Notes: a model not told the origin generated them from the letters alone. 64,000 bases of DNA from an uncultured Amnibacterium sp. (GCF_964244015.1 NZ_CAXTHO010000001.1:4364-68363); one strand, 5' to 3'; shown: positions 38,589 to 49,380, counted from the stretch's first letter. A program made the numbers and translations.

Positions 38589-40143
38589 TGATCAGGACGC
38601 CCTGAAGACACGGTTCTATGCGGAGGATGCGGAGCTCGTCTGGAGATCCGAGGCGGAGCGTGACGCCGATCGTCTGCTTTACTCAACCGCGTTCCGTCGA
38701 CTTGACGGAGTGACGCAGGTTGCATCCGCAGGCGAAGTTGCTCTGCTGCACAACAGGCTCACGCACTCCTTAAAAGTCGGACAGGTTGGTCGGAAAATTG
38801 CGGCCTCCATAAATTTCCAGGCAAACAAGAGTGAGCCCGTACGGCAAGCAATCCGAAAATTTACTGGAGTTCCTTTCAACGCAGACCGTCGAGAGGCGAT
38901 TGACCCGTGGGTTCTTGAAGCCGCAGGGATGGCGCACGACCTGGGGCATCCCCCCTTCGGTCACATAGCTGAGCAGGTTCTCCAAAAAGCGCTCGGCAAA
39001 ACTCCTAACCAAAACGAACTGCTTCCGGTACCTGAAGGGTTTTCGCTAGACGACTCTTTCGAAGGAAATGCGCAGAGTCTTCGAATAGTGACTCGTCTGG
39101 CATTTGGCCGCCTTTCAGGAGTTCTGCAGTCAGGTGCCGGCCTAAATCTGACCCGAGCAACGACATCAGCTGTGCTCAAATACCCGTGGCGCCGAAACGC
39201 GCGTCCCTCCGAGGTTGACCTCAGGAAGGAAAAGTGGGGTGCGTACGACTCTGAAGCGGACGTCTTGGAGTGGGCAACTGACGCCATCGACGATTCAGTA
39301 CGACGCGAGAGGCCGGACGGTTCGCTTGAGTGGCGGTCGGTGACGGCGCAAGCGATGGATTGGGCAGATGACATCACGTATGCCGTGCATGATGTCGAAG
39401 ACTTCTGCAGGGCAAGGCTGATTCCAGCCGATTTGCTCAGCCTCTCTGAATTCGATGCTCCATTGATTCAAGGGTTTTGGCAGTATTGTCTCGCCCGCCT
39501 GTTAGACAATTCCCTTATCTTGTCGAAAATTGATGGCGGTCAGGACTCGATTGAGCCGGCTTTGCGAGCTATCTTCTTAGGTGTACTTCGTGGACTTCCT
39601 GGGTCTACTCAGGCGACGAGGCTTGAACGTGAAGAATTTCGCAAGTGGTCTTCGGAGCGTATCGAGTTCTACACGTCCCCGCGACCCCAGGGCATCCAGG
39701 TTCTACCCGACACAGGATTTCTAGATATTGCATTGCGGCCTCTCGTCGAGGTCGAGATCCTGAAGAAGCTGACGTGGTACTTCGTTATAGAGCGGCCCGC
39801 GCTCGGATCGACGCAACGTGGTCAAGCGAAAATGATTCGTGAGCTTTTCGTATGGTTGTGCGAGTGGTCTGAGAGGGAGTATCCCGGCCCCCAGTACAAG
39901 ACCTCGGGCGTGTCGCGTACTCAATATAATGTTGGCGGGCTTCCGCCTCGACTGATTGACTACCTAGATGTCACGAGTTGGCAACAGCCCGACACCGGCG
40001 GGTACAGATCTGAACGAGAGAGAGTTGCTCGTGCTGTCTGCGACTACATCTCAAGTCTTACTGAGAAGCAAGCTCTGGACCTGCACATTCGTTTGAATGG
40101 CGCTTCGAGTGTGGCGATACTCGACAACTGGGTTCAATTCTGA
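38569..40143 (+). CDS. dgt: dGTP triphosphohydrolase (HD family dGTPase)
   Basis: RDADRLLYSTAFRRL...TQV, HNRLTHSLKV, AHDLGHPPFGH, FEGNAQ, DWADDITYAVHDVED, V.DYISSLTE; start uncertain (38506 or 38569). Confidence 0.92.
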   Translation: MNSSASDDQDALKTRFYAEDAELVWRSEAERDADRLLYSTAFRRLDGVTQVASAGEVALLHNRLTHSLKVGQVGRKIAASINFQANKSEPVRQAIRKFTGVPFNADRREAIDPWVLEAAGMAHDLGHPPFGHIAEQVLQKALGKTPNQNELLPVPEGFSLDDSFEGNAQSLRIVTRLAFGRLSGVLQSGAGLNLTRATTSAVLKYPWRRNARPSEVDLRKEKWGAYDSEADVLEWATDAIDDSVRRERPDGSLEWRSVTAQAMDWADDITYAVHDVEDFCRARLIPADLLSLSEFDAPLIQGFWQYCLARLLDNSLILSKIDGGQDSIEPALRAIFLGVLRGLPGSTQATRLEREEFRKWSSERIEFYTSPRPQGIQVLPDTGFLDIALRPLVEVEILKKLTWYFVIERPALGSTQRGQAKMIRELFVWLCEWSEREYPGPQYKTSGVSRTQYNVGGLPPRLIDYLDVTSWQQPDTGGYRSERERVARAVCDYISSLTEKQALDLHIRLNGASSVAILDNWVQF

Positions 40144-40363
40144 CACCGCAGATTTGACTAGAACGTAGCGTCGCCGTTTCGTATTCCACTTGTTCGCTTT
40201 GGTGAGCTGTCGAGGCTGCGCAAGTTCTCATGCGACGTCAGGTAATGCGTTCGACGAGTATGTCGGCCCTGAAGTGGGCTGCGCGAATAGCGAGAGCGGC
40301 CTCAGCTGAGAGCGGAAGAGTTTCAAATGTGCCTGCGTGCAGTCGATTCGTCGCAGTAGCTTT

Positions 40364-40756
40364 TCAGCTCGTCGTCCTGCGCCAGATGGGCGTAACGTCG
40401 ATGCCCACAAGAAACGGTACGACCACAACGGTGACGCCGCACACGGCGGCCGAGATTGGCCAGAAGGGGGTGTCGATGAATAGAAACGCCTGTTGTAAGA
40501 GCCAAATGTTTAGGACGACGAGTCCGACTTCAAACACCGTCCACCAGCTCGTCTTCCGTACGAGAACGAATGTGACGTAGACCGCCAGCACGGGGGCAAC
40601 CGAGGCGAGGAATGTTCCGGCCTCACCAGGTAAAAACGCGGGACTGGCGCTAAGCACAATTGTCACTACCGCGATGGCGACGCCGATGACCGCCCTCACG
40701 ATGCGGAGGACACGATCGACCGGTGGACTTGCGGGTCCGAATATGAGCATTTTCAT
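40364..40756 (-). CDS. Hypothetical membrane protein (4 TM)
   Basis: About 130 aa, almost entirely hydrophobic helices. Confidence 0.5.
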   Translation of the reverse strand: MKMLIFGPASPPVDRVLRIVRAVIGVAIAVVTIVLSASPAFLPGEAGTFLASVAPVLAVYVTFVLVRKTSWWTVFEVGLVVLNIWLLQQAFLFIDTPFWPISAAVCGVTVVVVPFLVGIDVTPIWRRTTS

Positions 40757-40950
40757 ACGCTCATTTTGGTCGCTCGCCAGCTCATTGAAACATCCCAAAA
40801 CGAGGTGTGGCGGGATCCTGAGTTGACGTTTCCAGCACTGCGCTCGCGGAGGCGGCGTTGATTTTGTTGGAGCGCCTTGGCCAAAAGCGATCGACTGTCC
40901 GTTCGAAGGGTCCTAGCCATGCGGCCGCGGAAGCGCGCCGACCGTATGAC

Positions 40951-41985
40951 TGAACCGTCCCGGGTTTCAGGCCGCTTCGTTGCTGGCGGCTTCGTCGGCT
41001 GACGGGCCGGTTTCTTGAGCGTAATAGTTGGCCTCGAACTCGGTTGGCGGGATGTTGCCGAGGGTCGAGTGCAGCCGGGACGTGTTGTACCAATCGACTC
41101 AGCCGAAGGTCACTGCTTCGACGTCGGAAAGGGCCCTTCAAGGCGGCCGGGCGGAACGGTGATCCCGTGCGGATCGCCTCGTCCTTGAACAGCCCCATGA
41201 CCGTCTCCGCGGCGGCGTTGTCATATGCGTCACTGACCTATCCGATCGACGCGACAAGCCCTGCGAGGGCGACTGTCTCAGTGAAGCGAATGGATGTGTA
41301 TTGCGATCCGGCGTGACGTATCAATCCGGCCGCGACAGGGCGTCCGGAGTGGTCGCGTCACCAGCGCGCCACCTTCAAGCAGGCCTCGACGAACGCGGTG
41401 TCCTTGACCGTTGAGACCTCCCAACCGACGATCATTCTGGAGTACAGGTCGATCGCGAACGCGACCTAGACGAACCCGGACCACGTCGCGACGTAGGTGA
41501 AGTTGGTGACCCAGAAGTGGTTCGCGAACGGTGCGGTTAAGTCCCGGTTCAGGAGGTCACGGGCGCGCTTGCCGTCCTTGGCCGGGATCGTGGTCGTGGT
41601 CTTCCGGCCCCGGATCACGCTGGCCATGCCCTCGTCCCGCATCAATCGGTCGACGGTGTGCTTCGACACATCCGGGAACCCCTTGCGGGCCAGCGAGGCG
41701 GTCATCTTCCGGCGCCCGTAGAGCACCTCGGGACGTTGCAGACCTCGGGCGTCGCGTTGCCGCAGCTGCCGGAACACGTCGATGATCGCGGCATCGTCGA
41801 CCGCCCGTCCCGACGGTGCGCGGCGGCGCCGCGCGCGGTATGACCTTGGAGCGACGGCGACGCCCTGCGATCGCAGGACATCGCTCGTCGACTCGACGCC
41901 ATGGCCGGCCTCGCGCATCTGATCGATTAAGCGGACGAGCAGCGCTGGTGAGGGTCGAGTTCCCTCGCGAAGAAAATCGAGGCCA
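40951..41985 (-). mobile_element. Second, truncated IS3-family copy (pseudo-transposase)
   Basis: IR TGAACCGTCCCGGGTTTCAGGCCGC; YGRRKM, WVTNFTYV, AETVMGLFK; stops and frameshifts; other end missing. Confidence 0.85.
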
Positions 41986-41989
41986 CTCC

Positions 41990-42388
41990 ACCCGCAACGT
42001 GCCGCTCGTGGACCGCGGGCTGATTGCCGAGCTGCGCCGCTACCTGCTCACTCATCCGAACTCCGGCGACCCGACGCGCTGTTCTGGCCGGGTAGGGGAG
42101 TGGGGTCGCACGCGCTCGACTATGGCGGCGTCCTCGACGTCGGCAGCTTCCGCCGCAACTACTTCCGGCCCGCACTGCGCGAGCTCGGCCTGCCCGACAT
42201 GCGGTTCCACGACCTCCGACCACACCGCGGCGTCGCTGTGGCTCGCAGCCGGGTTCAGCACGTGGCAGGTGTCCCGCCGCCTCGGCCACGCGAACACCAA
42301 CGCCACGGACGCGATCTACGCGCACCTGTACCCGAGCGACTACAGCGACGACATCGCAAATTTCGATGCGCTCAGAAGTAGGGGGTGA
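41990..42388 (+). pseudogene. Tyrosine integrase C-terminal remnant 1
   Basis: RNVPL, FRRNYFRPAL, RFHDLR/HTAAS, LGHAN...IYAHL catalytic motifs, split by frameshifts. Confidence 0.8.
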
Positions 42389-42437
42389 CCGTTTGGTCCC
42401 GCCCGGTCATACTGACGAGCGGCAAGGAGGTCATCCG

Positions 42438-44108
42438 ATGAAGATTTTCTACGCGGCACCAGGTACCAAAGCTGTCAGACAGGCGGGCAGCCTGCTTCTC
42501 CGTTCGCTCAACTGGAATGACTGGTTCGAGTTTCGGACCCTCTTCGAATTGGTCTACGTCGACGAACGCGGCGTCGAAGTGAACATTGGCAGTGTGAAAA
42601 TTGGCGATCTCGAACATGAGTACAAGAACGTTGATGGCGCTGAGACGCCACTACCGCCTGCGTTCGATGAGTTGCCCCCTCGGTTTATCTCTATTGGGCA
42701 GGGCGATTCCTACTATGAGCGGCTGCTCGAAGTGCTCGGTGGCAGTCAGATGCGTGCCGTGCTCCGCGCGCTAGGCGATCTCGCTATCAATCCGTCGCGC
42801 TTTGAAGAGTTGCGTGGAATCCCACTCGTACGAAAATCACTGTTTCGAGACTTGAATGTCGCGGTGGTTAGGGGGTCCTTCGCGCGTCTAGCCCAGGGGG
42901 ACTTGGTCGAGTCGGCTAATTTCCATCTCAAGTTCCAGGCAAAACCCTCGGACCCCTGGCACTCGTCAACTGCTCCGCTTCTTGATTTTGAAGTTGACCC
43001 CGAATCGATGCCACCGACGAACGTACATGCGTTGATTGGTCGAAACGGGTCCGGTAAAACGACTCTGTTGAAGGCGATGGCGCGATCTATTATTGGCAAG
43101 CCTTTTGTGCGGCCAGGAGACGGCAGTTTCGAGTTGGCGGATGCGGGTTCTGGCCTTTCGATCGCGAGTCTTGTATATGTCTCGTTCAGTGCATTTGATG
43201 AAGTAGATGTGCCTGTGCTTGATAACTCGGTCGCGTATGACCGGCCGTACTCCTACATCGGGCTTCAATACCTGAGTGAAGACGAGGGTGACAACAGTTG
43301 GTCCTGGGAGCCAGAGACCCCAGATCCACGGACCCCTGAAAAGCCAGATGCGAAGAAGGTGACGCGCGCGGCCGGTGAGCTAGGCGGCGAGTTCGCCCGA
43401 AGTGCATGGGTGGTGCGACAGCAGCCCTCATCTCTCGAACTATGGCAAGTCGCACTCGAGCTGCTCGAATCAGACCAGAACTTCAAGTCTGCCGAAGTGG
43501 CGGATCTAGCGCGGCCATCTCTCGAAGGTGAGGATGAGGAAACGTACAAGAATAGGGCGGAGAACCTATTCCGTCGTAACCTTAGCTCTGGGCACAAAAT
43601 AGTCCTTCTTGCTATGACTCGCCTGGTTCAGACGGTAACCGAGCGCACCCTGGTACTCATTGATGAACCTGAAGGTCATCTTCACCCGCCTCTGCTGTCG
43701 GCGTGGATGAGGGCGCTGTCCTACTTGATGAAGGAACGTAATGGTTTAGCCGTAGTTGCAACCCATTCGCCGGTTGTTCTGCAGGAGGTCCCTCGACGTT
43801 CGGTCTACGTAATCAATCGTGAGGGCGACGAGCAGAGCGCTGACCGGGTCGACATTGAAACGTTCGCCGAGAATGTCGGAGTTCTTACTCACTCCGTATT
43901 TGGATTGGAAGTAACGAGTTCCGGTTTCTATACCCTCCTAGTGGATGCTGCAAAAGAACTCGGGGTCTACGCTGAAGTTCTACAACGATTCGACTCGCAG
44001 GTCGGGTTTGAGGGAAGGGCTTTGCTTAAGTCCATTCTCCCAGGGCGGATCGAGCCGAGAATTCCTTTTCGCCAGCGGCGGTCGCACAATGACCGTGCAG
44101 AAGGTTGA
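42438..44108 (+). CDS. AAA_21/ABC-type ATPase, PtuA (Septu)-like
   Basis: GRNGSGKT, LSSGHK, LIDEPEGHLHPP, ATHSP; AAGGAGG RBS. Confidence 0.85.
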   Translation: MKIFYAAPGTKAVRQAGSLLLRSLNWNDWFEFRTLFELVYVDERGVEVNIGSVKIGDLEHEYKNVDGAETPLPPAFDELPPRFISIGQGDSYYERLLEVLGGSQMRAVLRALGDLAINPSRFEELRGIPLVRKSLFRDLNVAVVRGSFARLAQGDLVESANFHLKFQAKPSDPWHSSTAPLLDFEVDPESMPPTNVHALIGRNGSGKTTLLKAMARSIIGKPFVRPGDGSFELADAGSGLSIASLVYVSFSAFDEVDVPVLDNSVAYDRPYSYIGLQYLSEDEGDNSWSWEPETPDPRTPEKPDAKKVTRAAGELGGEFARSAWVVRQQPSSLELWQVALELLESDQNFKSAEVADLARPSLEGEDEETYKNRAENLFRRNLSSGHKIVLLAMTRLVQTVTERTLVLIDEPEGHLHPPLLSAWMRALSYLMKERNGLAVVATHSPVVLQEVPRRSVYVINREGDEQSADRVDIETFAENVGVLTHSVFGLEVTSSGFYTLLVDAAKELGVYAEVLQRFDSQVGFEGRALLKSILPGRIEPRIPFRQRRSHNDRAEG

Positions 44109-44971
44109 GGAGGCTTCCTGCCCCAGACTTCGGCGTAGTCGACATTCTCAGCTCCTTGCGGACGTCGACGAAGACGGTGCGTCTGCAGGGTATGAGTGCA
44201 CAGGCTGTGCAAGCGGAACGGGATCTCGCAAACGCGGGCGCTGCTGAGGCGATCGCGACTGTGGTACCACGCTTCCCGGGGATGACGGCGCAGCAGGAGG
44301 ACGACTTCAAGTCCGGCTACGCGAAGCTCCGGCGCAAGGAAGGCGGTGCAAGGCGCTACTACAACCGCCTGATGAAGGCTCCGCTCCTCCGGCGTTGCCC
44401 GTACTGCTACGACCGTCAAGTGTCAGAGATAGATCATTACCTTCCCAGGAGTTCCTTTGCGCGCTTGGCAGTTGTTCCTCTCAATCTCGTGCCCCTTTGT
44501 CACGGCTGCAATAAGCAGAAGCTCAATTACGCTCCGTCCCCTAGTCGTCCTCCGCTGCTGCATCCCTACTTCGACTTCGCTGAGTCCGAGCAATGGATCG
44601 GAAGCTCGCTCGACGAGGACAACTTCGTCACTACGTTTTATGTCAATGTCCCTGCGCCGTGGGATGAGGACACTCGAAAGAGGGTTGAGAACCACTTCGA
44701 AGTGATGAAGCTCGGCCAATTTTGGTCCGGAAGCGCTGCGGTCTACTTCTCAACGGTGTGGGCGCGTCTGCTGCGCATATACCGGGCTAGCGGAGTCTTC
44801 GCAGTGCAGGACTACCTGCTAGAGGAGGCCGAGCTCGTAGTCGAGGGCCATGCCGAGCCGTGGAAGTTTGCCCTGTTGATGGCCTGGGCTGAGAGCGAGT
44901 GGTTCTGTGAGTGCAGGTGGCGGGGTCTGATCATGGTCGAGCTGGAATTACTGCTCGACGATGATTACTGA
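44105..44971 (+). CDS. HNH endonuclease, PtuB-like
   Basis: CPYC...EIDHYLPRS...NLVPLCHGCNKQK, LLHPYFD; TTGA overlap with the ATPase gene. Confidence 0.85.
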   Translation: MRRLPAPDFGVVDILSSLRTSTKTVRLQGMSAQAVQAERDLANAGAAEAIATVVPRFPGMTAQQEDDFKSGYAKLRRKEGGARRYYNRLMKAPLLRRCPYCYDRQVSEIDHYLPRSSFARLAVVPLNLVPLCHGCNKQKLNYAPSPSRPPLLHPYFDFAESEQWIGSSLDEDNFVTTFYVNVPAPWDEDTRKRVENHFEVMKLGQFWSGSAAVYFSTVWARLLRIYRASGVFAVQDYLLEEAELVVEGHAEPWKFALLMAWAESEWFCECRWRGLIMVELELLLDDDY

Positions 44972-45026
44972 ACCAAGCGGAGAGCGGGGTTTTAGCGGGG
45001 ATCGGCCGCCGGACCGCTGATGTCAC

Positions 45027-45198
45027 TCGGCCACGATCCGCGTAGTTCCGGGTGGGCCCCTTGGGGCTCGAAATAAATCAGAGGCAAATCAGGAGATCGA
45101 AGGGGGCCTCGAGAGACCCTTCTGACCAGGACTTTCCTGATCACTGGACTGCGGCGGATCGCACGGTTTCTCACCGGAATGTGGGCAAAATGTGGGCA
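45027..45198. other. attP-like junction: tRNA-Lys 3'-end core with flanking arm sequences
   Basis: 45051-45072 is the reverse complement of a tRNA T-arm/acceptor end; 46-bp block repeated at 52098-52143 (4 mismatches); tandem AATGTGGGCA at 45178-45198. Confidence 0.7.
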
Positions 45199-45250
45199 CG
45201 CTTCGTGCAGCGATGAGGAGCGACATCGTCGCGGTGGAACGGAGCAATCG

Positions 45251-45610
45251 GTGGCTCGCAACGAGGAGCGTCGCCAGGTCGAGGTCGCCATCGAGCTCGA
45301 GGAAACCGCCCGCACGCTCGCGCACTCGACCCGGGACGTCCTGACGCCGACGGACTCCTCCCTGCTCCTCGCCGAGCTCGGCCGGGTCGCGGACCACTTG
45401 CAGCAGACGGTCCGGCAACCGAGCGCCTGGCACGGCCGGGTCGTCGACGGGCGGGAGTACCGCGGGGAGGACGAGAACGGCGACGGCGTCACCGGCACCC
45501 TTGAAGCTGCCGCGCAGCTCGAAGCAGCCGCGGACGCGCTCGACCATGCCGGCGAGGCCCTCCGTGCCGCGCGCGCCGCCAACGACGTCATGCGATGGGC
45601 GAAGGAATAG
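45251..45610 (+). CDS. Hypothetical protein, mobile-element associated
   Basis: 119-aa helical ORF with GGAG RBS and high GC3. Confidence 0.55.
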   Translation: MARNEERRQVEVAIELEETARTLAHSTRDVLTPTDSSLLLAELGRVADHLQQTVRQPSAWHGRVVDGREYRGEDENGDGVTGTLEAAAQLEAAADALDHAGEALRAARAANDVMRWAKE

Positions 45611-46088
45611 CCCCGACCCTCGCTTCGTTGGCGCTGCGCCCACCGACCGAGCGCCCGCTTCGCGGGCGCCTGTTTCAGTGTCGGACGAGGTGCGGCCGCG
45701 CATCTCGTCGTCCCTGCGGCGTCGATCTGACGCGCCGGAGGGTGTGCTGATCGCGAGGAGGCTGCGCTCCACGCAAGTCGGGGGGCAAGAGCTGGCGCTC
45801 GGACGTCCGATGTCAGCTGTACCGTCCGGTTATGCATCGCGAATTTCGGCGAAAGCATCGGTTGCGAGACAGGATCGCGGGGCGCTCGATCAGGGCGCTT
45901 CTGACCCCGCAGTCGTCTCACTGGGCACCTCGACTATGAAGTTCAACAAGGATAGCCTTCGGTCCGCTGCATTCGGGGCGAAGACGGCAGGATGAGCACG
46001 TGAACCACGAGGGGCGCGGCAAGCACGGCCGCTGTGCGCATCGCAGCGCCGCGCCATCCTCCATCCGTCCAACAAACGGACTTCCGAA

Positions 46089-46604
46089 GTGACCACGCTT
46101 CGTAGCCTTCAGGATGAGATCGTTTATGGACGCGATTCGAGTCACTTGCGCGTCTTCGTCAGCTCAAAAATGAACGGCACTTTGGACGCTGAACGCGTCG
46201 TTGCAGCTAAAGCAATAGAAGCGCTACATGGGCACCGCGCGTGGTACTGGGAGCGCGACGCGCCTATGGGGGTTCTTCACTCCGAGCGCGAATGCACAAG
46301 TTACGCACGATCGAGCGACAGCATCGTGCTCATAGTGGGAGACGAATTGTCTGCGATCGTGCTCGCCGAGTACGAGGCCGCATCACAAGGCGGAGCCGAG
46401 CGATACTTATTCGCACGGGGGAACATTCACAGGCCACCGGACGTAGTCGACTTTCTGGCTCGCGAACGGGACCACGTAGTCTATCGCGAATTTGAGAACA
46501 CTGCTGAACTCGAGACCCACCTCTACCGAGCATTGACGCTAATACTCGTACGAAACGCTCGAGAGCAGCTCGTCCGCAGACGCTCGCGGAAGAGGTCGAA
46601 ATGA
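46089..46604 (+). CDS. Stand-alone DUF4062 (TIR/NDT-like) domain protein
   Basis: RVFVSS...L.AER, C...SD.IVLIVG, VLAEYEAA, F....EL pattern. Confidence 0.75.
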   Translation: MTTLRSLQDEIVYGRDSSHLRVFVSSKMNGTLDAERVVAAKAIEALHGHRAWYWERDAPMGVLHSERECTSYARSSDSIVLIVGDELSAIVLAEYEAASQGGAERYLFARGNIHRPPDVVDFLARERDHVVYREFENTAELETHLYRALTLILVRNAREQLVRRRSRKRSK

Positions 46605-49072
46605 ACCGAAGTGCAACCCAGTGGGACGAGCTGTTCGGCTCTGGGGAAGTAGCCGACCGCGACTTTGAGAGCTTTGGCCAAGATCTCGTTGAAGCGGCAC
46701 TAAGGGATGATCCCTCGGAACTTATCGGATTTATTCATCTCGCCGCCGAATTTGCACGAGGTAATCTTGAAGGCTTTGCGCTCTCTATCATCGGCTTAGG
46801 GACGGCTCGCTGGCGCGGCGACTTGAAGGGATTCGACGATGCAAACGTGTCGGTTGAGGGCGTCAGGCGTACTCTGACCCAAAACGATGTCGATCCGTCT
46901 CAGCTCAAGGCTGAGCTTCTCTTCTCACTAGCGGAACTAGAGCGCGCGCGCAGCGAACGTGACCAAGCGCTAGATGCGCTGAGGCGAGCAGTCGAAATCT
47001 TCTTAGCCCTCGATGAGCACCTAAGGGTTGCAGATTCGCTGAAACTAGCGGCTATCATAGCCTTCGAGAAGAAAGACCTTGGAGAAGCGGATCGGCTAAG
47101 CGCGCACGCGCGAGATCTATACGCTGCCCACGGTCAGACCGAGGATGCACTCGGCGTCGCGCTAAATCGGCTCCAGTATGCCTACTCCTCCGGCGAGCCA
47201 GGTATCTTACGATCTCGTCTCGATGAACTTTCTGACATCAATCTGCCTGCCTATGGCGCTGCCGTGATGGCTCGCTTCGAAGCGCTTTGGCAGACCACCG
47301 AGCCTGGTTCGAGTGAGGCCCGTGAATATTTTCGTCGAGCACTCCGTCTAGCTGATCTATCGTACGACGAGGAATTGCGGATTCTCATCCGCCGAGATCT
47401 GGGAACCTTCTACGCAAATCGGGGTCAGCGCCGGTGGGCAAGGCACTGGTGGCAGCGCGCGCGGGAGATGGCTCAAAGCGCCAGACTTCAAGAAGACGAA
47501 GCCGAAGTTCTGCGCAGCTTCGCGTTTCTGGCGGTCGAAGAGGACAATCTTGAACAGGCTGAGCAATTGTTCGGCGAAGCATCGGAACTCAGTGCCCGGT
47601 CGGGCGACACAGCAGGCGCGCTGCACGACCGCGCAGATGCTCTTGCTGCTCTGCTCGGCGCAGAACTGCAGCGCGCTGGTGCTACTTCCGCGGAGGAGGT
47701 TCGCGCGGAGTTCGACACTAAGGTTATTTCGCCTCTGCTGGGAACGCTCGACTTGCTCGAGGCCCGACGCGACGTGGTGTGGGCGGCTCGCATCGTCAGG
47801 AATCTGCAAGTTGCCTGGATTTTCAAGGAGGCGCAGGGGGAAGGAGCGGCTCTGCTTGGTGAGCGCGCGAACGGTGCCGCCGCCGCGCTCGAACCCGAGT
47901 ACCGAAAGGCGCTACTCCGCGGTGCGGGCCTGCTGCTAATACAAGACGAGCAGGCATCCCAGGGTGTGGCTCGCCTTGAAGAATCCGCTCAATTGGAGGA
48001 GGACGACGCGCAGTTTATCGCAGAGGACCTATGGCAACTCGCGCTGGAAGTCGATGGCCGCCTCGGTCGCCCTCGCGAGGCGATGGCTCTGGCAGATCGG
48101 GCAATCGACTTGTTCGCTGAGACGCGTGCGCTGACGTCGCTCGGCAACGCGCTAAATGACTCGGCGCTGATGGCGGAACGTGCAATGGACCCAGTCAATG
48201 CGCGATCGCGCCTAGAGCGAGCGCGAGTTCTTGCTGAGGAGCAAAGTGACCGCGTGCTTGGGGCCCTCGTAGTGTTCAATCTTGCTCATCTTGATCGTCG
48301 CGAGGGTCGCATTGCGGAGGCGCGGCGCGGCTTTTCCGACGCAGCTCAAATGTCACTAAGTGTGGGGATACGCGAGCAGGCAATTGAGTGTGAGATTGAG
48401 CTTGGCATTTGTGATTTGATCGAAGAGAAAGATTTAAAAGGTGCCTACGAGATAGGGAGCAACGCTGAGAAGTCCGCGATTGAATTGAGGGACGATCGCC
48501 TCGTGGGCGACGCGCTGTCCCTTCAAGCCAGCGTGAACTTCGCCCAAGGAGAGTTCGGGCGAGCGGCGGATCTCTGGCGGCGCAGTATGGCGGCTGATGC
48601 GACGGCCGACCCCGGAGAACGAGAGGCGTTCATATTAGAAGCGCTGGCGCGTATTCCTGAGTACAAGCGTTTTGACCGGGAGTTGAGCCGAGCTGTTCGT
48701 CGTGCTCAGAGGACCGATACTCGTGATGGACTGGTAGGAAACTTGTGGCGCCCGGCGCTGACATGGTTGCGTGCTGGGCGGATAAAGCGTGCCGCTGAAG
48801 TACTTGCTGTGGCCGCGCTTCTCGGCGCCGAGGCGTGGGGTCAGCGCCGGCGGAGCTACTCTGCGGCGAATTATGCGGCTCTCTCGCGGGCCGGAATGCA
48901 GAGTTTGGCCGAGGGTTTGGCCGGTCTTTTTGCTGTCCAGCTTATTGACGAGTTCTCTGACGAGACTCGCACCGAGCTCCTTGCGGAAACTAGTCGACAG
49001 ATCGAGCGGATAGCGGGAAGCGATGTGTCGGCAAGTCTGCTGAGGTTTCTGAGCGACGACACCGCCGAGTAG
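46601..49072 (+). CDS. All-helical TPR-repeat protein, 823 aa
   Basis: Repeated A..L..LG/A....G....A units; ATGA coupling to the DUF4062 gene; no Walker motifs seen. Confidence 0.75.
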   Translation: MNRSATQWDELFGSGEVADRDFESFGQDLVEAALRDDPSELIGFIHLAAEFARGNLEGFALSIIGLGTARWRGDLKGFDDANVSVEGVRRTLTQNDVDPSQLKAELLFSLAELERARSERDQALDALRRAVEIFLALDEHLRVADSLKLAAIIAFEKKDLGEADRLSAHARDLYAAHGQTEDALGVALNRLQYAYSSGEPGILRSRLDELSDINLPAYGAAVMARFEALWQTTEPGSSEAREYFRRALRLADLSYDEELRILIRRDLGTFYANRGQRRWARHWWQRAREMAQSARLQEDEAEVLRSFAFLAVEEDNLEQAEQLFGEASELSARSGDTAGALHDRADALAALLGAELQRAGATSAEEVRAEFDTKVISPLLGTLDLLEARRDVVWAARIVRNLQVAWIFKEAQGEGAALLGERANGAAAALEPEYRKALLRGAGLLLIQDEQASQGVARLEESAQLEEDDAQFIAEDLWQLALEVDGRLGRPREAMALADRAIDLFAETRALTSLGNALNDSALMAERAMDPVNARSRLERARVLAEEQSDRVLGALVVFNLAHLDRREGRIAEARRGFSDAAQMSLSVGIREQAIECEIELGICDLIEEKDLKGAYEIGSNAEKSAIELRDDRLVGDALSLQASVNFAQGEFGRAADLWRRSMAADATADPGEREAFILEALARIPEYKRFDRELSRAVRRAQRTDTRDGLVGNLWRPALTWLRAGRIKRAAEVLAVAALLGAEAWGQRRRSYSAANYAALSRAGMQSLAEGLAGLFAVQLIDEFSDETRTELLAETSRQIERIAGSDVSASLLRFLSDDTAE

Positions 49073-49380
49073 CGCTCTGGTCTTCGATCTCTGGCCAGTC
49101 GCTCGAGTTGCGGGGTCATGAGGTCGGCCGGTGGCCGGCTGTGCCCACGCCCTCGCGGTTGTTCGTTTCTGCGCGGCGAAGTGCGCGGCGTCGTACGGTC
49201 GGCGCTGCTGCGTATAAGCAGCTGCGCGGCCGGCTCCTCCGACAAGCCGCCGCGCGCGGTCGCTGCGCTCCCTTGTTCCGCGTCGACCTTCTCTCCTCTG
49301 CCGCCTTTCGAGTTGTGCTCCGCTGCGTCTCCTTGATGACACTTCGTGCCTTCACGGCAAAGCGACGAGAGAGGGAGACC

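Noticed and set aside
42366-44971. Retron system
   Set aside because: No reverse transcriptase (no YADD-type motif) and no msr-msd inverted repeats adjacent
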